Source of the DNA: Macrostomum lignano
Lineage: Eukaryota
Length of the DNA stretch: 30,663 bases
Direction of reading: 5' to 3'
NCBI GenBank assembly: GCA_002269645.1
Contig: NIVC01001368.1
Location: 249,554-280,216 of the forward strand
The position numbers and the translations under genes were made by a program. The notes beneath the pieces are model-generated. The model was not told the origin of the DNA. It did no database searches and saw only the letters and a list, made by a program, of their open reading frames with translations. This document shows positions 21,851-30,663 of the stretch, piece after piece; position 1 is the first letter of the stretch, and each line of letters begins with the position of its first letter.

Positions 21851-23237
21851 GGTAAGGGGTAAAACACTACCCGAAAAATGGGGTAACAGGCTACCCGATG
21901 ATTTTAGGCGTCTACCCGCTTCAAATCGTCCAGAAAATGCGCCTAACCTATGCAGCTTCTAGTGTGGAACTTTTTTAGGTGAAAAACTGAAAGATTATGA
22001 TGAAATTCACGTTTATTTTTGTTGGTAGTGTTTTACTCCAAAAAGCTACCCAAAACTACCCGACCCCTACCCACGTCATTGAGAATCGAAAATCAATATA
22101 GCTAAGCTTACTTTTACATCTTCTGCCATAATGTATAATATCAAGTGGTTTTAACGTGTATGAGCAAAGTTAAGGTTATGGGTAATTTGTTTTACTGTAT
22201 TTTACTTTCGAATTTTTTAACAGGCATTTTCGTTTACGTTTGACTTAGTTATTGTGTAGCCCGTTAAGCTAGCGTAAGGTGCAAACTAATATTAAAGCAT
22301 CGTTTTTTAGTTGATGCATAGTATAGAAAATAAATTACCTCTAATAGAGGCTCGGTATATTTTTGCCTCAATTCAAAGTGAATTTCACTGTCGAAGTTTT
22401 TTATGGTTAACATTAAATAAATTTAATGTTTAAATTAATTAAATAATTATTTTCAATTAAATAATTAAATAGTTAAATCAAATTAAATTAAATTAATTAA
22501 TTAAATTAAATTAAATAATTAGTTCCAATTAAATAATGATTATTTAATAATTATAATTAAATAATTATATTAATAATTTAATTATAATAATTTAATTTCA
22601 TTTAATTTGATTTAAGTATTTAAGTATTAAATTGAAAATAATTATTTAATTAATTTAAACATTAAATTTATTTAATGTTAACCATAAAAAACTTCGACAG
22701 TGAAATTCACTTTGAATTGAGGCAAAAATATACCGAGCCTCTATTAGAGGTAATTTATTTTCTATACTATGCATCAACTAAAAAACGATGCTTTAATATT
22801 AGTTTGCACCTTACGCTAGCTTAACGGGCTACACAATAACTAAGTCAAACGTAAACGAAAATGCCTGTTAAAAAATTCGAAAGTAAAATACAGTAAAACA
22901 AATTACCCATAACCTTAACTTTGCTCATACACGTTAAAACCACTTGATATTATACATTATGGCAGAAGATGTAAAAGTAAGCTTAGCTATATTGATTTTC
23001 GATTCTCAATGACGTGGGTAGGGGTCGGGTAGTTTTGGGTAGCTTTTTGGAGTAAAACACTACCAACAAAAATAAACGTGAATTTCATCATAATCTTTCA
23101 GTTTTTCACCTAAAAAAGTTCCACACTAGAAGCTGCATAGGTTAGGCGCATTTTCTGGACGATTTGAAGCGGGTAGACGCCTAAAATCATCGGGTAGCCT
23201 GTTACCCCATTTTTCGGGTAGTGTTTTACCCCTTACC
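21851..23237. mobile_element. Foldback-like element: 608-bp inverted arms around a 171-bp almost pure A/T spacer
   Basis: Arms 21851-22458 and 22630-23237 have equal length and were identical wherever compared; termini are GGTAAGGGGTAAAACACTACCCG and its reverse complement. No ORF and no TSD seen. Confidence 0.85.
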
Positions 23238-24239
23238 AGCCGTGTCCCACTCGTGAGGCCATTCTATCCTCGGAAAACACGGCCTTGCAGCCCAGTAATG
23301 AATGCAGCGGTGTAGCGCTGCATGTATTTCTGGATTTATTTTACGTTGTATTTAATACATTTGCGCACGTATGCACCAGCCGGTTCTATAAGCCACGTGT
23401 GATATTAGTAAACAAGTGTACAATTTAAATTGCATTTTAGCTAGCTAATAAAATAAGCCTGCCTATACATAAAATTTTACCACTTGCCAATTAGTTAGGC
23501 TTACAGATTTATTTATTGCTCTTTAGACTTTGGAATCATTTAAAATTTACATAACTATCCAATTTTTTGTTTAGCCTAGGCAAAATGCATATTTAATAAG
23601 CTTTCTAGGCTTCTAAAATCTTATAGCCTAGCAATAGATAAAAACTACCTACCTAGTATAGTAATTTTTTTACCTAATAGTAATACAAAGCCTTCTATTT
23701 CAAATCATTGATTATTTTCTACTATTGACTGATAGGTCTAAGTCTAAAATATTTTCTTTTCTTTTGTGTTATAAAGCCTTTATGCTATATTAGAATATGT
23801 TTTTTTAATGCTAATAAGAATCTTTTATAACTTTGGATCTAAAATTCATTTGGTCCTTCTTTAATTTAAGTTGCTTAGGCCTATCTTTTTATAAGACCTA
23901 AGGGGGCTAAGCCTAGCCTATGTTTATAATATTTTATATTAAAATGTTTTAATAATATTGTTTTATAGGAATCAAAAGTAGGAATATAACTATATAAGAT
24001 AAAGCATGCCTAGAATAAAAATCTTTTTGAAATAATTAGCCATAGTCTAATCAACTATAGATTAGGCCTAACTAATAACTATTCATTGGCACTATATAAA
24101 GTCATGATATCCCTCTAGTTGCGACCTTTTCTTCCCCTTTAATGCTAGGCCTTACTTTTTCTTTCTAGCCCATATTCTCTTCTCTAAAGCCTTACCTTCT
24201 TTTCCCTTCAGTATTTCCCTCCTCTCTAGTCCCACAATG

Positions 24240-26060
24240 TTTTCCCATTAAATTCTTACCCTTTTATCATAATCTCGCCCTCCTACCTTCTAGCCCCACC
24301 TTCCTAGCCTTTAGTCCCACTATCCTACCCTCCAGCCCCACCCTCCTTTCCTCTAGCCCCACCCTCCCCTCCAGCTTCCACCCTCTTCTCTCCTCTAGAC
24401 CCATCCCTTCTCTCTAGCCCCACCCCTTCCCTCTAGCCCAACCCCTTCTTTCTAGCCCCACCCTCTTCTCTTCTGTAGCCCCACCCCTTTCCTTCTAGCC
24501 CCACCCTCCTACCCTCTAGCCCCGCCCTCCCTTCTAGCTTCTACCCTCTTCTCCCCTCCAGCCCCACCCTCCTACCCCCCAGCCCCACCCTCCTACCCTT
24601 TAGCCCCACCCTCCTACCCTCTAGCCCGCCCTCCCTTCCAGCTTCCACCCTCTTCTCCCCTTTAGCCCCACCCTCCTACCCTCTAGCCCCGCCCTCCCTT
24701 CCAGCTTCCACCCTCTTCTCCCCTTTAGCCCCACCCTCCTACCCTCTAGCCCCACCCTCCTCTCCAGTTTCCAACCTCTTCTCCCCTCCAGCCCCACCTT
24801 CCTTCCCTCCAGCCCCACCTTCCTTCCCTCCAGCTCCACCCTCCTTCCCTCCAGCCCCACCCTCTTCTCTTCTGTAGCCCCACCCCTTTCCCTCCAGCCC
24901 CACTCTCCTTCCCTCTAGCCCCGCCCTCCCTTCCAGCTTCCACCCTCTTCTCCCCTCCAGCCCCACCCTCCTACCCTCCAGCCCCACCCTCCTACCCTCC
25001 AGCCCCACCCTCCTACCCTCTAGCCCCACCCTCCCAGTTTCCAACCTCTTCTCCCCTCCAGCCTCACCTTCCTCCTCTCCAGCCCCACCCTCCTTTCCTC
25101 CAGCCCCACCCTCCTACCCTACTGCTTCACCCTCTCCTCCAGCTTTCACCCTCTTCTCTTCTGTGCCCCACCCCCTTCCTTCCAGCCCCACACTCCTACC
25201 CTCTAGCCCCACCCTCCCAGTTTCCAACCTCTTCTCCCCTCCAGCCTCACCCTCCTCCCCTCCAGCCTCACCCTCCTTCCCTCTAGCCCCACCCTCTTCT
25301 CTTCTGTAGCCCCACCCCTTTCCCTCCAGCCCCACTCTCCTTCCCTCTAGCCCCGCTCTCCCTTCCAGCTTCCACCCTCTTCTCCCCTCCAGCCCCACAC
25401 TCCTACCCTCTAGCTCCACCCTCCCATCCAGTTTCCAACCTCTTCTCCCCTCCAGCCTCACCCTCTTTTCCCCTCCAGCCCCACCTCCCTTCCCTCCAGC
25501 CCCACCTCCCTTCCCTCCAGCCCCACCTCCCTTCCCTCCAGCGCCACCCTCCTACCCTACTGCCTCACCCTCTTCTCTTCTGTGCCCCACCCCCTTCCTT
25601 CTAGCCCTACCCTCCTTGCCTTCAGTCCTACCCTCCTTCCCTGCAGCCTCACCCTCTTCTCTCCGTTAGCCTCATCCTCCTCTCTAGCCCTCACCCTTTC
25701 TCCTCTCTAACATCACCCTTTCTCCTCCAACCTCGTCCTCCTACCCTCTAGCCTCTACTCTCTTCTTTCCTTCAATACCCCCTCGTCCCCTCTAGCCCTA
25801 CTATGTCCTCCAGTTGAATCCTCACCCTTTTCTCCCCACAAACCTACCCTCTCCTTCCTTCCAGCCCCTATCCTTCTCTCCAGGACCTACCCTTGTTCTC
25901 TTTCAGCCTCGCTCTCATGTCCCCTCCAGCTCCACCCCCTTCTTCCCCCAGCCCCACTCTCTCCTCTTCAGCCGCATCCTCTCCTCCCCTCCAGCCTCAC
26001 CCTCTCCTACCCCAGCCTCAACCTCTTCGCCCCTCCAGCCCCACCCTATTTTCCTATTCA
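24240..26060. repeat. Degenerate polypyrimidine/polypurine minisatellite tract (about 20-bp C/T-rich units, core C(C/T)AGCCCCACCCTC)
   Basis: About 1.8 kb in which the + strand is almost entirely C/T and most G occurs in AG; the ORFs over it are low-complexity repeats (GLEGRR). Confidence 0.9.
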
Positions 26061-26199
26061 GCCTCACCCTTCTCGTAGCTCTGCTAATAAAATTTAATTA
26101 TCCTTTTCAGAAGTGAAAAAGAATATTTCTCTTTTCTCTCTTCAGAATGTCCTCGCACCGGTCTAGAGGTCATACCACGTGCCGGAGCGACTGGTCGCA

Positions 26200-27020
26200 G
26201 CAACCATAACTCTCTTCTAGGAGACCCTGGCCGCCGTGGTGACACCTGACGGACTATCCGACCTGTTCAACACGACCTCAGGGATGCTGCAAGGCGACAC
26301 GCTTGCGTCCTACCTTTTCGTGTTGGTGCTCGATGGGGTGCTACCTAGGGCCCTGCCAACAGACGAGGACGGCTTCCTACTGTGCCGGCAAACAAGCAGC
26401 CGCCAATCGGAGAAGCGGCTGTCACTCATGGGGTCATGGGTTACGCCGACGACCTGGCGCTGCCCGCCTCTATGGCTGAGGGAGCCCAGCGCATGCTAGA
26501 CAGCCTGGTTGGTGGCAGCTGCGGCATCGGTCGGGCTAGCGGTGAGCATCGAGAAGACGGAGGTGATGACTGTACCTGCGGAGCTGCCTATCAAAATCAC
26601 CTGCTGGGACACCCAACGGTCATGCAGCAGCTCTACCTCGCTGCGCGTGCTTCACGTACCCCGGCGATCTTGTGCCCAGTGTCCAGGAGGACTTGGCGCG
26701 ACGCAGGGCCTGGCCTGGGCGGCCTTCCGCTCCATCCGAGTCGTCCTGCAGAACGCCGCGCTGCCAGACCGCTGCGATCACCTAGCGAGACCCTCCGCAG
26801 GCGAAGACATCAGCTGGCGGGCCACACCATCCACGCGGAGGCCTACTGTTCTCAACCAGTGCAAGACGTCCTGCTGCTCACGATGCAGGGCCCCTGGCGC
26901 CGGGGCTACGGCCGGGCGAGTCGCGTCGCGGATTGCCTGTTGGATGGCGCTGGGGTGATTGGCCAGGCGCACGCTGTTGCCGCCTTTAGAGAGCTCACAC
27001 TGAGAGAACTGATCTGACAC
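26200..27020 (+). mobile_element. Non-LTR retrotransposon (RTE-like LINE) reverse transcriptase fragment, frameshifted
   Basis: VTPDGLSDLFNTTSGMLQGDTLASYLFVLVLD (QGD motif), YADDLAL at 26442, AAASVGLAVSIEKTEVM, spread over three frames. Confidence 0.9.
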
Positions 27021-27592
27021 CGCCTCCCATTGTGAACTGTTACTTTTAACTCAACAATACTGGGTGTGCCTTGTTATTATTTTCTCTTCAAAATAATTTG
27101 CCTAGCTGCGAACTGTGATGGTGCATATCGCGTACTCGCAATTCAATAGCTTATACTTATTACTGTTTTACTTATTGCTTTCCGATGTCAATGCTATTTA
27201 TTGCGTGTAATATTATCGCAAAATTCAAGTTCGGGCGTCATTATTTAGCTACTGCCGGTGTTCTGCATTACAATTATTATAGTACTTCGTATCTACTGAC
27301 GTAACATTGTACCAAAAATTTTAGATTGCGTCTTGCGTGGCGCCAAAACCAATCTTGTTGAATGCTACTAGCGTAATAGCCGTTTGAATCGCTTGAAATA
27401 CATTGTAATGCCATGCTGTATTGCTTTTGACGATCTAAATGACACTGGCTAGACTTCACTGATCCATATGCTCCTCAAGCAAGGTATATGGAAAGCAGAT
27501 TGAGCAGCAAACTTAGTGTTTGATTGATAGAGATTTTGTATAGTTGGATCTTTGGATCACGGATAAAACCAAGGAATCTAGATCTGGAGGCA

Positions 27593-28172
27593 TGCGGGGG
27601 GAGCGGCGGAAAGCAGCAGAGCTGTTGGGGAGAGCAGCGGAAAGCAGCGTAGCTGTTGGGGGAGCGGCGGAAAGCAGCAGAGCTGTTGGGGAGAGCGGCG
27701 GAAAGCAGCGTAGCTGTTGGGGAGAGCGGCGGAAAGCAGCGTAGCTGTTGGGGGGAGCGGCGGAAAGCAGCAGAGCTGTTGGGGAGAGCGGCGGAAAGCA
27801 GCGTAGCTGTTGGGGGGGAGCGGCGGAATGCAACGGAGCTGTGGGGGAGCTGCGGAAAGCAGCGGAGCTGTTGGGGAGAGCGGCGGAAAGCAGCGGAGCT
27901 GTGGGGGAGCGGTGGAATGCAGCGGAGCTGTGGCGGAGCTGCGGAAAGCAGCGGAGCTGTTGGGGAGAGCGGCGGAATGCAACGGAGCTGTGGGGGAGCT
28001 GCAGAAAGCAGCGGAGCTGTTGGGGAGAGCGGCGGAATGCAGCGGAGCTGTGGGGGAGCTGCGGAATGCAGCGGAGCTGTTGGGGAGAGCGGCGGAATGC
28101 AGCGGAGCTGTGGGGGAGCTGCGGAATGCAGCGGAGCTGTTGGGGAGAGCGGCGGAATGCAACGGAGCTGTT
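27593..28172. repeat. G-rich minisatellite, about 30-33 bp units
   Basis: GGGGAGAGCGGCGGAA(A/T)GCAGC(A/G/T)GAGCTGTT variants, with two alternating subtypes in the distal part. Confidence 0.9.
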
Positions 28173-28758
28173 GGTTTGATAACAGCTGACGAGGCTGACA
28201 GGCTTATTTGCATAGAGCGATGCTATGAGAATGAATTCAGTCAGTCAGTTTAAGGCAGAAAGCTGGCTCTCTGTCTCTGCCTACCCTTCAACTGAATCGA
28301 GTGAATTCGCAGTGCCTGAAGTGCCCGAAGTTGGTTCTACATGTACGTATATATATTGTTTTGGCAAACTGGATTACAAAAAGGTACGGCTCATTATTAC
28401 AGTACGAGGCCAACTCCTCCGGAGGAGAAAGGGGAAGAACTCCATCACCGGAATCCATAACCGGAATTCCATTCCCTGAAATCCATCAGCTGAATCTCAT
28501 GAGCTAAGTCAGTCAGAGTAAGAGTCACACAAAGCATTTATGACGTAATCAATTTATCAGGCAGTCGGTGTTAGGCTCATTATAAATTAACTATAAGGTT
28601 ACGCAATCCAAATCAACCCTCCAATACGTACACAGCGACCTACACTTTCAGTACACAACGCGCAATTAGAAATCTAACTAACGCATCCATTCCTATCAGG
28701 TAGTTATACTTCTGTGTCTCCGTTAAATATATTAAAAAACTAATTCAAAGACATCATT

Positions 28759-28935
28759 GGGGTGCGCAGGAAACGACCAAATTAAAGGGATAGTATAAGC
28801 ACGGGTCATTGGCTAAGTATTGCATAATTGTTAATTCAGAATTTATGTGCATGTAATACCTTTTCATTATTTATGATGTTTACTAATAGCCTATCAATCG
28901 ACTGGCTCGTTTGTATTCTGAATCCTGCGCACCCC
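28759..28935. mobile_element. Possible MITE remnant with 13-bp terminal inverted repeats
   Basis: GGGGTGCGCAGGA (28759-28771) and TCCTGCGCACCCC (28923-28935), with a partial inner match AACGA(G)CCA; no TSD seen. Confidence 0.35.
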
Positions 28936-29264
28936 GAGTACAGTATGGCATATATTTTTTATTAAAGCAATGCAATTGTGTTATAATAGGGGTGCAAGCA
29001 AAGGTGGGGAGAAAGTGGAAGAAATCTAATAACTTAACTGACAATACTAAATGTGTGAATTGGCCGTTAATATTACACGTGTAACAAAATACATAAATAA
29101 TTACGAACGGCTACTTTGTACATTAAAAAGATTCAGAAAAAATAAGTACGGCAATTGAATCTAAATTGCTTGGAGCCTGAGCATTCTTAGAAGCTCCCCT
29201 TATATGAGCAACTCTATCAAGAAACAGTTTTGCCACTACCTAATAGTTTATGTTAAAAGATTTA

Positions 29265-29805
29265 TCAGTCTCATTATTTGTCGCACTCTCAATTTGGCAC
29301 TCAATGTGGCATAAGTATTTTCGCTCGTGAATTCGTCACTCTCAAAATTTTTTTGACTCATAATTTGTCTCTCATAATTTATCACTCTCATAATTCGTCA
29401 CACTCAATATGACATCCTGAATTTTGCACCCTCATAAGTATTATCGCTCTCAAATTTGTCACTCATAATTTTTCACTCCCTCTCATGATTAACCACTCCT
29501 TCTCATAATTTTTCACCCACTCGCTCCCATAATTTGTCACTCACTCTCATAATTTGTCACTCACTCTCATAATTTGTCACTTACTCTCATAATTTGTCAC
29601 TTACTCTCATAATTTGTCCCTCACTCTCATAATTTGTCACTTACTCTCATAATTTGTCATTTATTCTCATAATTTGTCACTCACTCTCATAATTTGTCAC
29701 TCACTCTCATAATTTTTCACTTACTCTCATAATTTGTCTCTCACTCTGATAATTTTTCTCTCACTCTCATAATTTATCACTCACTCTTATAATATGTCAC
29801 TCATA
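29265..29805. repeat. Minisatellite, 20 bp (TCACTCTCATAATTTGTCAC), just downstream of the Helitron helicase
   Basis: Degenerate over 29265-29520 and homogeneous over 29530-29800. Confidence 0.9.
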
Positions 29806-29848
29806 TTATATTTCTGTCATTTGAGTCTGTTAATTCAATTGAGTCTAA

Positions 29849-30622
29849 TCAGTTCTGCTTGCCAATAAGCTGGCGCAGCACGATGTTCCGCGTCCATCCG
29901 CCTGGAGCCCGAACTTTAACGCCATCGGCACTCCGCGCACGACTCAGAGCCACGTAGAGCTGGCCATGCTGAAAGCAAGCCGTCGTCAGGTCGACGGCGT
30001 AGGTGCCCAGCGACTGGCCCTGGCTCTTGTGGATGGTCATGGCGAAGCACGGCCGGATCCGGAACTGCAGACGGCGGAAAACAAACGGAACCTCTGTCGG
30101 ACTCGGCTCCTGCGGGATCGCGGGTGAACGATGCGGAACACTAACGGTAGACGCCGGTGGTTACCTCCGCTAGCAGGACGTTGTCACGCAGTTCACGCAG
30201 CAGTAGCCGAGTAGTCCGTTGCACAGCAGCGGTGGCGTCCAGATTCCGCATCATGACGACCGGCATGCCGACCTTCAGCTCCAGTCGGTGATGCGACATA
30301 CCGCTGGGGTCCAGCCGGTTCAGCAGCTCCGGTGGAAATTGGTGGCTGCCGTGTCGTCATTCGGAATCGAGTCAACAGATAAGTAGACTCGACTCTCACC
30401 GGGGAAGAGCGCTAAGCAGGCGGCGTTGGCCTCGTCCACCGTCCTGTTGAGTGGCGCCAGGATGCTCCGCTCCGCGAACATCTGGTCACGCTGCGCACTC
30501 GGCTCAAAGGACGGGTAAACATGCCGAATGAGCTGCTCAGTGGTTGTGTCCTCGGGCAGAAGGATCTCGCTAGGCAAGGAGACCATGCCCTCAACGTCCT
30601 CTGGCAGCTCCCCGTTGCCAAC
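29849..30622 (-). mobile_element. Helitron-type PIF1-like helicase C-terminal region, frameshifted pseudogene
   Basis: VGNG...ILAPLNRTVDEAN...YLSVDS...(P)ELLNRLDPSG..HRLELKVGMPVVMMRNL...FRRLQFRIRPCFAMTIHKSQGQSL...CFQHGQLYVALSR. These are hallmark Helitron helicase motifs, interrupted by indels and a stop. Confidence 0.9.
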
Positions 30623-30663
30623 CTGACGTGAAAAAGTGGAATAAAAATTTTACAATTTTTTTC

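Noticed and set aside
23302-23332. 8-bp hairpin ATGCAGCG-GTGTAG-CGCTGCAT followed by CTGG as a Helitron 3' end
   Set aside because: The next base is A rather than T, no 5' TC end or linked Helitron was found, and it is 6.5 kb from the helicase.
13747-28253. Long ORFs over minisatellites (13747-14592, 14896-15356, 24621-25461, 27578-28253)
   Set aside because: They are open only because the repeat units lack stops; the translations are low complexity.
28797-28818. GCACGGG...CTAA as a Helitron terminus
   Set aside because: The left hairpin arm (CCCGTGC) is missing and the motif is on the opposite strand from the helicase.

Overview
Eukaryotic (metazoan) genomic DNA with GC3-rich spliced exons, AT-rich introns and very dense minisatellites. 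The style suggests a free-living flatworm such as Macrostomum, which is an inference only. Three spliced host genes could be rebuilt by hand from GT-AG junctions with matching phases: (1) an innexin/pannexin-family channel on + (469-3694, 5' end broken by an apparent 1-bp frameshift); (2) an AFG2/SPATA5-family double-AAA ATPase on - (10943-4072, about 804 aa, degenerate D1); (3) a complete 10-exon, 440-aa phosphatidylserine synthase (PTDSS1-like) on - (21048-13988). Mobile DNA includes a deleted mariner-like element in PSS intron 1, a 1.39-kb foldback element with apparently perfect 608-bp arms upstream of PSS, an RTE-type LINE RT fragment and a decayed Helitron PIF1-type helicase. Two patterns stand out. 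(a) CpG-free, TpA-rich domains show directional G:C to A:T change, visible between the two TIRs of one mariner, among repeat units and at silent sites of PSS exon 1 (RIP/deaminase-like signature). (b) Several intronic minisatellites are tandem copies of splice signals: acceptors, or AG|GT motifs resembling recursive splice points. All counts are hand counts; no searches were run.
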